A stretch of 64,000 nucleotides of DNA from the human T2T-CHM13v2.0 reference genome, Homo sapiens: assembly GCF_009914755.1 (NCBI RefSeq), contig NC_060941.1, one strand, 5' to 3'. This document shows positions 14,939 to 30,251 of this stretch, one piece after another (position 1 is the first letter of the stretch; the number at the start of each line of letters is the position of its first letter). Position numbers and translations under genes: made by a program. The notes beneath the pieces were generated by a model. It made no database searches. It worked only from the letters and a program-made list of their open reading frames with translations, and was not told the origin of the DNA.

Positions 14939-16534
14939 TTAATTTTTAATAATTAATTAACATCTTACTTTTGAAAATAAGAGAAATCACCAAGAGGAAG
15001 AACAAAACCAAATAAAAATTGTGCATAAATCAGGGAGTTAAACACAGATCAGGAAGGAGGGAGCTGTGAGCAATAAGCAAACTCAAACAGGTGGACTTCT
15101 TGGCAGGCAAATATAATATCAGCTCTGCAAATGAGAGATTAGATCTTGGAACCTTGGCAAACGAGAGGAGGTGAAAGGGTCAAGACCCAGTCAGTAGGGT
15201 CCCTTGAATCTGACAGGAGTAAACATGTCCTGCCTAGAGGAAAATATTTCCAGTTTAGGCCCTCAGAATTCCCAAGATTAAGTTCTATAAAATATAAGCC
15301 TACAGTAAAAACATTACGAAACATACAAGGAAACAAACCACTATGCATGGGAATTAGTAGAATAGAAACAAGAGATTTAGATCTCCAAGGACTTCAAATA
15401 TTGTAAATATTGGATATAGAATATAAGGCAACTAAGTGTGAAAAGCCTACAGATACGAAAGATGAAATGAACTATGAGCAAGAAATAAGAAGTCATAAAA
15501 ATGTCAGGCAGACTTTAAAAGGTAGAAAATAGACATTTTAGAAATAAAATATAATAGTTGAAATTAAAACCTCAGTGGATGTGTTAAACAATAGACAAGA
15601 GGAAGATGAAGACAGAATTAGTGAACTGGAAGATAGGTCTAAAAAACTATAAAGAATGAAGCCTGAAGAGATAAAGATTGAGAAATAGTAAAGAGAGACA
15701 AGAGACATTGAGAATCACATGATAATGTGTGACATATGTCTTATCAGGTTCACAAAAGGAGATAACAAAGAAAATGGGAGAGAGGAAATATTTGAAGAAA
15801 TAATTTCTGTAATTGATAAAAGTTATTCTTAATCAGGAAGCAAAACAAATCTCATCCAGGATAAATAAAAAGAAATCTATTCCTAGGTATATTATAATGA
15901 AATTGCAGAGCCCTCAAATGAAGATAAAATCTTGAAAGCAGCTAGAGAAAAAGGACAGATCATGAACAAAGAAGCAGCTATTAGATTGATGGTGGACTTT
16001 CTAACAACAGCAAAAGATAGAAGACAATGGAATAATATCTTCAAAGTGCCAAAGGAAAATTACCACCAATTTAGAATTATCTATACAGTAGTGAGACTAC
16101 AAAATAAAATTTCAGTTTAACAAAAACCAAGAATTTATCACCAGCAGACTTTCACTAAGGAAGCTTCTAAAGGATTGGACTTCAAAAGGAAAATGATCCA
16201 GGAAAAAATATCTGAGATGTAAGAAGGAATGGTGAGTGAATAAATCAGAAAACATGTCGGTAAATGTAAATAAGCATTGTCTGTTTATAATGATGAATGG
16301 TGATGAAGTTGATGGTGACAATGTCAAATTCGTGAGATAACAAAAAGGACAGAACTAAAATGCTGGATGATAAGAACACATATATTGAGAGGCAGTGATT
16401 GAAAATGAAGTATTCTAAGACCCTTGTCTTATTGAAGGGTGGATAGATTTAAGATACTGAATAATTTAGACTTTGTTATGCTAAGTATTTCTGGTAAAAT
16501 TTTAAGGGTAGCCACTAAAAGAGTAAAAACATAT

Positions 16535-16924
<390 letters not shown>

Positions 16925-17594
16925 TAAATTTTAAACGAATCGAGGAGAAATGAAACATATTGTGAAATGTTAGAAAATTAGAGGTCTGCCAGCTTTGCTA
17001 TAATGAATAGAAAAGAAAGATTTGCAATTAACGTAATGTTCGTAATTGGTGCTCCTGAAAAAGTTGGTTTTAAATTATTTGGACAGCATGTGGTAAAATT
17101 CTCACTTTTCCTACTCAGTATTCATTCTCTCTTTTTCTAATAACAAAAACACAATCTCCCTCAGTTCCTGACAGTGTAGTGTACAAGAAAAGGAGGAAGC
17201 AAAGAAAAAGTAAATTAAAATAAATAGAAAACACAAAGTAAGATGGCAGAAACCCAGTCCACTTATATCAACAACAGTAAATGTGAACGAATTAAACTCA
17301 CCAGCTATTGATAGTTTGCCAGATTGAATGAAAAAGAGTGAACAGCATGTGAGGAAGTGACAGATAGTAACATCATTTTTTAGGAAATTTGGCTGTGGAT
17401 GGGACAATCAACACAGAATAGTTCCATGGGTCAGAAACAGCTTTGAGGGAGACATTATTAGAATTAGCAATATTTGAATATCAAGTACTTCCAAAGTCAT
17501 GTGATGCATAAAGAGTGAGGGGAAGGCTTTATTTGACTGCCCCAAAGGGTGAGAACTGCCTTCCAGAGCTTAGTGTATAATTTCTAGAATTTAA

Positions 17595-17955
<361 letters not shown>

Positions 17956-19219
17956 TGAAAGGATCTCTCTGAAACAGAGAGGACAGATCTAGGGAGATTT
18001 TGCAGAAGTACATTACCTACTTAGGATGCATTAACCACCCAATGGCATTACTACATATTGTTATTCTGCTGTGGAGGTGAAAGTATTATGTATCTTACAG
18101 ATATAATAAATGATTTGAAGGCAGCATGGTGTAGTGGAAAAACTTCTGAATTTGTATTAGAACCTCGTTCTGGATCCTAGCTCCATGACTGTGTGGCTGT
18201 GAAGTTAGACACTTCTTTTTTTCCAGCTATTTGGCACTTACAATTCTTTGCTGAGAAACAAGAGCATTAGATATAATCTCTACAGTACTTCCTACTTTTC
18301 ACCTTTTCTGAGAGACTGGGTTCCCTCAGAAGTCTCAGGGAAATGAGGTCATCCTGATTAAATGGGGTCTATTCTTTCCTCTACCCTAACTCCATAGCTT
18401 GCCCTGGAAATAGAATGAAGTGTTGGATCCTAAGACAATGTGTTGGAATATCTGGCACATTAGTTGTGCAAATGTCAAGATCGAATAGTTTTTTAAGCAG
18501 CATTTACTAAAATATATTTCAGAGGACACTAGTCCTTTGAGACAGTCTGTCAAGTAAGTTTGGGAATGCATTCCCTATTTCCTTTTAGTGATGTCCAGTG
18601 TACAGCAGCAAGTCAGAAACTGGTGACCTGGATCAAACAGGGTTATAATTGATTAGCACAAATCCTCAGGAATGAAGTGAACATTCGTGGAGTCACTCAT
18701 GAGGGACCTCCAAACCCACGTTGTGGGCAAGGGGAGAGGGAAAGTTCATTCTTTACTTTTGCCCCTAAGTGTAGCCATTGCTCTCTAGAGGTAAGGTCCT
18801 TGTGAGTATTTTCCAGAAATTAAAAATCATTTGGTAGTGAGGATAGGGTCAGGAGATAGAATGATGGCAAACTGTGAGATGAATAAGAACCTCACCCAGC
18901 ATAAGACTATCTGGTTTACTAAGGGGGTTGGGCAAAATCCTCTTTCTCAGTTGCAGTGGTTATTGAATTTTTTGGAGCCAAACTTCTGCTAGATGCATTT
19001 TGTGTGTGTGTGTGTGTGGCTGGAAAAATACCAAAGTTTAGGTTGAGTAGAAACATTGTCTGATTGAGGAGGGGCTGGGGCAAGTGTATCATCTCTTGGC
19101 CAACTTGCTCTTGTGGATTCAAGGAAGTGTTATCTGAAAAGTCTTCCCCTGCTGTGGCCTCATCCAACCATCAGCACACTGCCGACAGTGTACCACTGTA
19201 ACTGCATGCCCCGATAACT

Positions 19220-20130
19220 GCTCACATTGTGCCAAGCTCTGTGCTAGCTCTTGTGGAAGTCAAGTGATGAGTAAGACACAGACTTGCTACAAGGACCTCA
19301 GAATCCAGGAATTCTAAAAAATCCAGGAAACAGCATAAGAGCTTTGCCTAACATGTACCTTAGCTATTAGAAGGATGAGGTGGGGGCATGTAACATAACC
19401 TGGGAGTGTTGCGGAAGGTTTCTTGGGGGAGGTGATGCCTGAGCTGAGTTTTAAAGGTTGTGTAGGCATCAGCCAGATGAAGAGTGTTGGTGGATGAGCA
19501 AGGAGAGCCTTATGGGACAGCTGAGGACAACAACATTGGGGGCAAAACAGCAAGTGGGGGACAAGAAGCTGTTCTGTGTTGCTGGAAGGAAATGTGTGAG
19601 GTGCGGAGAGGTGCAAGGTAAGCCTGGAGAAGTAAGTAAGCACCAGGTTATAAAGAATCTGATGGCCATGCTAAGGAACTAGGGCTTCTTTAGCCTAAGA
19701 TTAGTGTTTTGCAAAGTTTGATCCCCATAGTCTTTGCATTAGCACATCCAAAATGCTTGTTAAAAACAAATCAGGGTTTGCACAATCAGAGTCTTTGAAG
19801 GAGGGACCCAGAAATCTGCATTTTAAAGAAGCTCCCAGGTGATTCTGGTGTACCCTGAAGTTGAGAACTATTGTGGAAATAGACAAGAGTCATTGAAGAG
19901 TTTTAAGTGGTAATGCTGCTGAATCTGTGGTTTAGATAACTCTCTCTGGAGTTAAGTGTAGGGTAGAGCAGAGCAAGGCAGGGAGACCACTTAGGAGTCT
20001 CTTGAAATAATCCTGGTGAGAGTTTAGTACGATCTGACCACAGTAGGGGTAGCCAGGATGCAGAGACGCTGATGTGGCCACAGAAGCAAGAGTACCCGAG
20101 TAAGCACTGTGATGGCAGTGTCTGAGAATC
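19220..20130 (-). mobile_element. L2 LINE relic containing MER5A
   Basis: ggaggtgatgcctgagctgagttttaaagg; ggccatgctaaggaa; gcagggagaccacttaggag. Confidence 0.8.
19702..19873. mobile_element. MER5A hAT-Charlie MITE
   Basis: aatctgcattttaaagaagctcccaggtgattctg...ttgagaactattg. Confidence 0.85.
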
Positions 20131-20444
20131 ACTAGCTAGAGGAAGCATGTGCACACGATACCTACTATACGCACAGGTGCACAAAGGGAGCAAAGGCCAT
20201 TATCTTCAGGTATAAAAGCAAAGATGTTCAATGTTTGTGCAAAAGGCCAGAGACTTCTCTGGGCCTCTGGGTAATTTTTTAAGATCTCAAATTTCCCACG
20301 TGCAGAATGGGGGAAAATCAGAATGAACTTAACACAATTGAAAGTGGTGGGATCTGAGTTTTCTTCCCTTGACCCCAAACCCAGTCTTCAGGACTCTGCC
20401 ATTAATAGTTAGGTGTTTAACATTCCCGATCTTTTTCTACACAT

Positions 20445-20446
<2 letters not shown>

Positions 20447-20487
<41 letters not shown>

Positions 20488-20501
20488 ATATATATATATA
20501 T
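20447..20501. repeat. (CA)n/(TA)n microsatellite within a reverse L1ME 3' relic
   Basis: Direct read. Confidence 0.92.
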
Positions 20502-21696
20502 GTAGCAATAGAAATACATAGTTTTATTTTGCATGCTCTTGTGTGTTCTTTTACATGCATGGAATACTGTAGATAAGTTGCAACTGGCTTTTTTTTCTTT
20601 TAACAATCTGTTTTGGAGATTCTTCCATGTTAGTTTTTGCAAACTGGAATCATTCTTTCAAGCTACTTTATTGTTTTCCTGGTAGACAGGTGGCACTTTT
20701 CTGTTTCACTCTCGAGCTTTCTAAATCCAAATGCAGAACTGCTTCCCTTGCAGCAGGTGTGGACTCTGGGCACCTTTATCCTTCACTCCCCACATCTCTC
20801 ACTGACGCCAAAGTCAGGGTTTCTCTTCTTGTTCCTCAGCAACTTCATCTCACTGCAGTGAAATCTCTTCCTCTGGCAGCCAGCCAAGCCACATCTTGGA
20901 GAGGCTACCTGGCTGTATCTGGTGGGAACAGGAAAGCAGGCTACCTGTGGCCCTGAAGAAAGCCTTCATAGGGAAAGATGTAGGAACCCTACCTGGTACA
21001 CATTGACTTGTGGAGTGCCCCCCACCAGGCATAGGACTTTCCTTATATAGATTATATTTTGTACATTCTCAACCAAGCTGAGGATTCCTATTTCCATTTA
21101 TTTATTGTTCACCCCTTTTTATAAGTTCAAGAGTCTGCCAATAGAAGACACTGGAGAAACACTGGAAGAAAAGAAATTACTTGATAAAGAATTTCATGAT
21201 TCGAAAAACATTTGTAATTTCAACACTTGTAAGAGATGTGAAGGTTATAGCAGATTTGTCCCAACCACATCTCTTCATGCAGACATTGGCACAGGTTACT
21301 CATAACAAGGCCAGCCAAGGAGATGTTATTGGCTGAAAATAATTGGATGGTCTAAGTGAACCATGGAGCGAGGGTCGCTGAGACATTGCCGGCTTCTCCA
21401 CCCACATGCTAATGGAAGAGTTGTGTGGAGTTTATTTAATTGAAGCAGTCAGAGTGAAAACTACTGAAAACCTGCTGCTTCTATTTATTCTCTGGGTTTC
21501 TATGGAGAGATGAGTTCCAAGTAATGATACTTTTAAAGAGAAATATATGAGGCAAACAGTGCCCTAGTGGTCAGGGACGGGCATGAGCTTGGTTGAAGTA
21601 GGTGACTGTATTGGAGGGGTGATTTGGGGGGTGCTGTATGGTTATTGGAAGGGGAAAAATGGGACTTATGTCCCCTCAAGTTTTATTAATAGTAAT

Positions 21697-22050
21697 TGAT
21701 ATGGTTTGGCTGTGTCCCCACCCAAATCTCATCCTGAATTGTAGCTCCTATAATTCCCATGTGTTGTGGGAGGGGCCCAGTGGGAGGTAATTGAATCATC
21801 GGTCTTTCCTGTACTGTTCTCATGATAGTGAATAAGTCTCACGAGATCCAATGATTTTATAAAGAGGAGTTCCCCCGGCCACGCTCTTGCCTGCCGTGAT
21901 GTAAGATGTGACTTTGCTCCTCATTTGCCTTCCACCATGATTGTGAGGCCTCCCAGCCATGTGGAACTGTGAGTCAATTAAATCTCTTTCCTTTATAAAT
22001 TACCCAGTCTTAGTATGTCTTTATTAGCAGCGTGAGACCAGACCAATACA
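21697..22050 (+). mobile_element. THE1B solo LTR
   Basis: Canonical termini; 5-bp TSD GTAAT. Confidence 0.96.
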
Positions 22051-22074
22051 GTAATGATAATGGTAAAATAGTAA

Positions 22075-22290
22075 TAGTTCACACACATCTTTTTCGAGCA
22101 CCTACTGTGTTCTACTCACTGTCTCATTTAATCTGCAGGCATCTATGAGCTGGGTAGAGCAGAATGGTTATCCTTATTTTACCATTGAGGTTCAGAGAGG
22201 TTAAATGAATTGCCTGAGGTCACGCAGCTGATAAGGGACAGTGCCTACATTTGAATATAGGTCATGTGATCCTACAATTTTTGCTTTTCA
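22075..22290 (-). mobile_element. MIR SINE
   Basis: gaggttcagagaggttaaatgaattgcctgaggtcacgcagct. Confidence 0.85.
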
Positions 22291-23459
22291 CATCTAAATT
22301 GTATGGCCACAGATATTGATATCCAAATTGAGGGAGGAGAAAGTGCAGAAGGGCAACAAATTGGCAAGAGAGGAATCAGATTTAATTGATTACAAGATTA
22401 TCAGCCATTGTTTTAGACTCTAAGACACTGATGGATACGTGTGCCAGAGTCTCACGATCGAAGAGTTCTTTCTAGGGGCTTGCCGTATCACATTCTCTCC
22501 CCGCATTTGATATCGTGACCACCCTGGAAGATAATTGATGTGTTGTTCTCAGGGGCCGTGGCTCAGGATTCTTCAGAGTTGTGCACTCTTTCTGAAAGGT
22601 CAGGAGGACACCAGAACCAACAGCATCTTGAAAGGGAGTATTTGCCCTTCCTGGATCAGAGGGAGGCCCTCTGTCATGTGGTCTGAGACAGCGCAGCCAG
22701 GGCAAGACTTAACTGTGCAGGAGTGGAGACAAGGTCCTACCTGGAAGGCTCAAGTCTGAAGACGGAAGACACCCAGAGTAATGAGGTCACAAGGCTTTGT
22801 GATTTGCAGCAGGCTGGGATGTGGGGTAGTGGAACGGGCAGTTTGGAAGTTAGATAGTGGATGTGAAGCATCTGCCTTTGGTAGTACTGGCTGCCGGGCA
22901 TGGAGGCTGGGATTGCAGTCTTACAGGGCTGAGCAGGTGGGACAGGGCCCAGCACATTCCTTAAACATGGCATTAATTATGGCTGCTATTTGCATGGTGC
23001 TTTTCAATTTACAAAATTCTTCCACTTTAGCATGCAATATATTTGCTGCATTAAATGGAATAAAAGGGGATGTCTGTTACAACTTATTTCTTGGAAGTTC
23101 ACACATATCCATGCATATTATGATAATTTTGAAAGAAGTCACCAAGTCTGATGAGGTTTGGCATATGCCTCAACTTCAGCTTTTGGGTTAGTTTATTACT
23201 TTGAAATGAAGTGGCAGCAGGCATATTCCTGTGAGTATTCTGGGAGAAGTCTATGGTCCAGAGAATCATGGAGGAATATACAAAGGTGTCTCACCCTCTT
23301 GGTGAGAGATAGTGAGCATGTTAGGCTGAGAATAACCTTTGAAGTAAAAGGGGGCCATGAACGTTCTGGCATAATCAACAGAGGGACAATCTCTGTTACT
23401 GGTGGCTCCTCTCATCCCTCTATCTCCACCTGGTTCTTTCTTTTGTGATGCACTGAAGT

Positions 23460-24483
23460 GAAGTTCCTTGTTTTGGGGCAACCCAGGCCCATTCCTCCTT
23501 CTTTTGGTGACAGCACCTAGAATTTCCTTTGGGCTACTCCTTCCTCATGCTTAAGGCCACAGGTGTTAGATCAAGATGGCTCCATTGCTGGCTTTGGGGG
23601 TGGATCCTATGGCCACACCTGGCATGTCAGACCACTGAATTTCTCGAGCCACAGTGATTGGTTCAGGGGTGGGCAGGTGACCAGAATTCAGTGGATGCTA
23701 CAGGAAAGAGAGATAGTCTCTTTCCACTGCCTGGGATCTTGACAGCTCGAGGCTGGGAGGCTCTATTCAGCAGTAGCCACCCTGTTGCCACGAGGGGAGA
23801 CCTTGCCTGAGCATTGAGCCAATGGGTGTAGCAGAACCTAGAGAAGAAACCAGTTCTTGATGTCATCAGTTGGGGCTCTGCATCAAACTTATGTCAGATT
23901 CTCAGCAGGAAACAGATGGAATACTTAAAAGGGCATAACTGAAGAAAGGCTAATGCCAGGGGTATTTGCAGAGGTGTGGAGGAGGATTAGGGGAATGAGA
24001 AAGCACAGTGAATCACTCAGGGACTAGCAACAGTGGGAAGCTGTTAGTACCCGTAGTCCTGAAGGCGTGAGGGGAGGGAACAGTGTTACCAGAGCCTGAT
24101 AGGAGCTGAGCCATGGAAGGGGGGATGGTGGTGGCAGAGGAATGCAGCCATTGGCAGACTGTGATGAGGCAGGGAGGAAGTGGGAATGGGCTGGGGGAGA
24201 CAAATGCTCTGACGATACCCTCCTGGAGCCTTCTCATCTTCTGCTGGCCCTGCATCGATTGGACACAATCAAAGCCAGAGATTAAGGTCAGCCTTCCAGA
24301 CACAGAACACAGCAGAGAAGGGCAGAGAATGGATCTGGGTTCGGGGAGGTAAGTGGAAAAAACCAGCACAAAGCTAATGTCTGTTAGATTTGTCAGTTAG
24401 GAAAACCAATAATCCTTCTTTTTGCATAAGCCAGTTTTGGGTGCCTGTTCTATCATTTGTACTGTAAGAGTCCTAGGTGATTT
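23460..24483 (+). mobile_element. Old MLT1 (K/L-like) LTR interrupted by LTR33
   Basis: gccacagtgattggttcaggggtgggcaggtgacc; 3' part aagccagttttggg...tcatttg. Confidence 0.7.
23892..24370 (-). mobile_element. LTR33-like ERVL solo LTR
   Basis: cagcaggaaacagatgg; cagggactagcaacagtgggaagc; ends agaatggatctgg...ccagcaCA. Confidence 0.75.
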
Positions 24484-25491
24484 ATAAACCTTATCAACTA
24501 GCTCTTATTGTAGTTATTGGTTATGTCTCATCTTCCCTCCTATATGTGAGCTCTTTGAGGATCAGGACTGACTTTTATGTTTCTGTATTTTCAGTACAGT
24601 GTCCAGCGCATAGTAGGTGCTCAATAAATGCTTGCTAAAGTGCATTGAGCTGACTTGGGAATGGCTCACACAAAGACAAAAGGCATGTTCTACCATGGCA
24701 CTTAGCTGCAAGGTGGGGAGCTGCATATGTACATCCTGAGCTGCTTTGCCACTGCTGTGAAAGCAGAGAAGGGTTGAGTCCCTGGAAAAGGAATTTGGGT
24801 AAGTGCATGGGAGGATGGGAGGAAGCAGAGAGATGCCCGTGAGTGTTCCAGGCTGTGGACTTTGATGGGCAGCCAAGATGAGACTTTTCAGGGGCAATGA
24901 GACATTTGTTCAGCAAACAAACCTGGGGCAGAACCTCAATGTTAAAAGCTCTGTTAGAAATCATCTGATAGAATTCCCAACATGTGACATCATAGTGTGG
25001 GGTTGAGGTGGGAGGGCAGGACGGATGACTGTAAAGCACCAACATAAAGCTGGTGATCCAGTATAACATGCTAATACCTCAGGGGAAAGATAAATTGCAA
25101 GACAGGGTGAAAAAATTCAGGGAAGGGCTCTGATTGGCCTGGCTGAGTCCAGTGCCTATCCCTTCTACCAATCACAGGCCAGAGGGTCTCTTGCTTCTTC
25201 CTGTACCAGTTACTAGAAGAGGTGGCGGAAAGGTTGCTGGGAAGACAGAAACTATGTGTTTTGATATTTCTAACCATTCCTGTTAGTCTGGAGCCAGTAT
25301 CTGAATCTTGTTTTTCACAGATGGCATTGCAAAGACAGCATACCTGAGGGATAGTTGAGGGTTCTCAGGGGCCATAAAATGCTACAGGCAAGAAAGATGT
25401 GGGCTTTCTTAAACGATTGTCTGAAAAAACAGAGGGAACACAGGGAATGCACAGAATGCATTCTGGGCTTTCTAGCTATTATGCCTTAAGG

Positions 25492-26024
25492 CAGTGGTTC
25501 TCAAAGCATGTTCTGGGGAGCCCTGGGAGATTCTGAGATTTCTTTCAGAGGGTCCTCAAGGTCAAAACTATTTTCATAATAATATTTGCTTATGTTATTT
25601 GCTTATGTTACTGTCATTGACTCACCGGTGTACGGTGGAGGAGAATGAAATGTTCCAGGGGATGCCTGGCATGTGACGATGCTACAGATTGAATGCAGAA
25701 GCAGGCACGAGAACCCAAGTCTTCTTCGAAGCTAGTCATCAAAGAAGTCTGCAAGAATGGAAAACAGTGCCACTCTTCTCACTATTTTTTTTGGAAAATA
25801 GTTATTTTATGTAAAAATAGATATTTATGTTAATATGCAATGAGTTTATTAGTTACTTTAAAGATGAATTAGTGTGTACACTTGTAGAGATTTCTCAATT
25901 TTAATTTCTGATATGGCAAGTATTGACAGATGTTACCTACATAAACAAGAGCTCTTTGGGGTCCTCACTCATTTTTAAGACCGTGAAGTCATCCCGGGAT
26001 TAAACGTTTGAGAATCACTCACTG
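25492..26024. mobile_element. Charlie1-type non-autonomous hAT transposon
   Basis: TIRs cagtggttctcaaa / tttgagaatcact..cactg; 8-bp TSD ccttaagg / ccttaggg. Confidence 0.85.
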
Positions 26025-26528
26025 CCTTAGGGTAATGTTAAGTCCCTGGCAATGAACGGGGGAAGGGAATTTACCTTTTTTCTGCTTGCATCTTCGTTTT
26101 AATACTGAAGTTATATTGAATGAATGATAGTACTTCTCATCCTGTGGAGATAGCCCCATGGAGACAGGAGAATGTGCAGCGAATAGTGGAAAGATCATGC
26201 ATGAAATTTAGTCAGACAGTCCTGTCTTTAACTTAAAGTTCCTCTGGGCAAGTGATTGTGATCAAATTACTTGCTATTTCTGAACTGCAATTTCTCATTG
26301 GTAAAATGTAGATGGTAACAGCTACCCAACTCACTGAAATTTTGTGGAGATTAAATGATGTGTTTGCGAAACCATCAAACCTGTTGCCAGGTACGTAACA
26401 GGTGCTCCATAAATATTAGCCTCCCTTCCTCCCTCTCAGGGTGCTCCAAGCGCAGTCCTTTTAGAGTCACCAATAGGAATTCTTGTCTGAAGTGGTTCAC
26501 AAACATAGTTCAACCTGGTCTCTGGCCT

Positions 26529-26841
26529 ATTTATTTATTTATTTATTTATTATTTATTTTGAGATGGAGTCTCTCTCTGTCGCCCAGGCTGGAGTGCAGT
26601 GGCTGCGATCTCGGCTCACTGCAGGCTCCGCCTCCCAGGTTCACGCCATTCTCCTGCCTCAGCCTCCTGAGTAGCTGGGACTACAGGCACCTGCCACCAC
26701 GCCCGGCTAATTTTTGTATTTTTAGTAGAGACAGGATTTCACCGTGTTTGCCAGGATGGTCTCGATCTCCTGACCTCGTGATCTGCCCGCCTCAGCCTCC
26801 CAAAGTGCTGGGATTACAGGCGTGAGCCACCATGCCTGGCC
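26529..26841 (-). mobile_element. AluY
   Basis: ttcacgccattctcc and ggatggtctcgatctcctgacctcgtgat diagnostics; (TTTA)n tail; TSD core gtctctggcct. Confidence 0.96.
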
Positions 26842-27424
26842 CAAGTCTCTGGCCTTTTCTTGTCCCATACGTCTTTTGTTCCTAAAGAATCAGTTCTCTG
26901 GCTCATGGATCCCCTTTTTTGCAACATCAGAGCCACTGAATTCCATTTCCTGGGTTTACTTACTCTTGGTGGATATAATGAAAGCACAGGGGAATTTTGT
27001 AGATAGATATACCATCAGTGGATTTTTTTTTTTTTTTTTTTTTTTTACAAACACACTCTTCTTTTCTTTTGGGATCAGAAATGGTTTGAAGGGGAGAGGA
27101 AAAGGCCCCAGTCAGAGAGTTACCTAGCAACTGTTGGAACTCAGGTGAAATCTGCTAATTAGATTGATGTGGAGTGTGGTCCGAGAGGAGTTGCCTAGCA
27201 ACCAGCAGTCTCCTGGACCTCACTGCAGATTTTGGTGGACAGCATCCATACTCCCTTGAGAAGGGCTTCCCCAAAGTTGCTTTCCACATGGAAATTTCCA
27301 CCCAAATTTATCCAACCTGCTCTTTCTCTCTCTCTTTTTCTCCTCTGCCCCTCTTTGCCCTTTTTCTTTGGATCAATCAATAAACCAGGCAGCTAAAAGA
27401 AAGTTGAACTTTTTGGGGACACCA

Positions 27425-27650
27425 CTAGGTCTAGTGGAAAGACCATGAGTTCTGGAGTCAAATAAATCTGGGTTTCAAACCCGTTCTGTCACTTATTGGC
27501 TCTATCAGATAAGTTACCTCATCTAAGAGTCAGTTTGTTCATCTATGAAATGGGAGATAATAGAGCCAAGGTCAGAAGGCTATTGTGAGGTTTAAATTAG
27601 ATAAGACCCAGAGTGCCTGACATATAGCAATACTCATTAAACATTACTTC
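27425..27650 (+). mobile_element. MIR SINE
   Basis: ctggagtcaaataaatctggg...catctatgaaatgggagataata. Confidence 0.75.
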
Positions 27651-27959
27651 CTTCTATCCACTCTCTTTGCATATTAGGTATTACAGACTGTAAGGAATCA
27701 ATCAGAAGGATTAGTATATTAGAAATGGATGCCTAAAACATAAATGTTACAGAGGAATATACTGTAGTTGTTAGTATATAATATCATATTTTATATAAAT
27801 ATATATAAACCACTTTTACTAGTTCTTCAAAACTAGACATTTAGACAATGGAAAAAGAGAATGAAATATGTTTGAATATTGGTGAAGTTTTGTTTTCATC
27901 TTGCCCATAGAAGATGCTGTCAGATCGTGAGTGTTTTTACATCAGAAACATAAGGATGC

Positions 27960-28818
<859 letters not shown>

Positions 28819-28961
28819 TCACTGAAGGGATTGGATTAAACTGGCATCTCTGTTGGGCCCCTTCCAGTATAGCCCTCGTATGTTCTATGCTCCAGGACCG
28901 CCCAGTGGAGACAGTTGGAGTGAGTAATGAAACAGTGTTGCTAGGTTCTTTGGAGGGCTTG

Positions 28962-29440
28962 TGTTCATTCAACAAACTGGTACTTAATAGGAACCAGGTG
29001 CTGTGCTAATCGCTGGGAATATAAAGACAAATAAGCTGCTTTTGCCCTTGCAGAAATCAGAGTCCAGTGGGAGAGGGAGTGAGAGGGGGTAACGCACTAG
29101 TGCCAGGCCAGGGTTTCCAGGGTGGTGGGGGCAGGACTAAGGCTCCTGACTGGTGTGAAGGTGAAACTCCCCAGAAGTAAAGAATAGACAATGTTTAGCA
29201 GGAAGGGAGATGAGTGAAGGTGATTTCCCAGGCAGAGCCCGCGCAAAGGCAGGGAGGCACAGGATGTGGGGTGTCTGGGTTACAGCAAAGAGGAAATCAG
29301 GCTGATTGAGTGGGGGCGGGAGTAGTGAGTGCAGGCTGGGAGCCAGAACCTGGGGGGGCCTTATCAGCCACTCTGAGGGCAGTGGGGAGCCCCTGAAAGG
29401 TTCTCCTTGGGGCATGGCAAGATGCCTTCATGTGCTGTGA
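28962..29440 (-). mobile_element. L2 relic
   Basis: ttcattcaacaaac...ttcccaggcagag...agtggggagcccctgaaagg. Confidence 0.75.
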
Positions 29441-29569
29441 TTATTTTTCACTTTGATATTTAAAAGCTAGAGAGGCTTTGGGATATAGAGCCTTGCCAGC
29501 AAATTACTTACTATTATACTGGCGATATTAAATAATGCAAAGACCTAGAGAAAAATTTGTCAGAGTATT

Positions 29570-29787
29570 AACTCTGGAGTTAAACTACCTGGCCTTAAAT
29601 CTTGGTTCTATCACTGGCTAGCTGTACGACCTTGGGCAAACTGCTCAGCCCCTTTAGGTGCCTCAGTTTCCTCATCTATAAAATGAGGATGATTGTAGAA
29701 TTACCTCAGAGAATTAAATGAATATAATAAAGTGCTTAGAGCACTGCCTAGAACACAGTAAATGTTCTGTAAGTCTTTGCTGTTATA
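29570..29787 (+). mobile_element. MIR SINE
   Basis: gaccttgggcaa...cctcagtttcctcatctataaaatgaggat. Confidence 0.88.
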
Positions 29788-30251
29788 ATTTCTGATAAGA
29801 CCACAAACATTAGGATTTTTTTCTGACATGAGCCTCAGTAGCACACTGTTTGGTGTGACGGAGGTGGTTCTCTTAGACTATGTCCAAGGGGGCTTGTTAC
29901 TGCATGTGGCCAGGTCACCAAGGTGAACCTTGTTAAAACTCCAATTCTCGTTCAACTCTGGCAGCAAAGACTCCAAGGAGACCATTAAGGTGACACTCTG
30001 GGGTATTTCAGGAATGTTCTCTGTATCTTGATGTCCCAGCTGAATAGGCCTGGCAGGTTGCCCATAGCAAAACTTGCACGGAGGCCGAACTTCATCTTTG
30101 ATTTCCTCTGCTCTCCCTTGACAGGTTCTGCCAGGCTGTTTGACCTTAGGCAAGTCACTCTGCCTTTTGGAGGCTTAGCTTTCTTGCCCATGAACAGGGG
30201 CCAATGATAATACCAGTCTTTATCTAACTCAAGGAAGTGTTCACTCACTAT

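Noticed and set aside
29912-29926. AGGTCA-cca-AGGTGA DR3-like nuclear receptor site
   Set aside because: Single isolated motif, plausible by chance in 64 kb.
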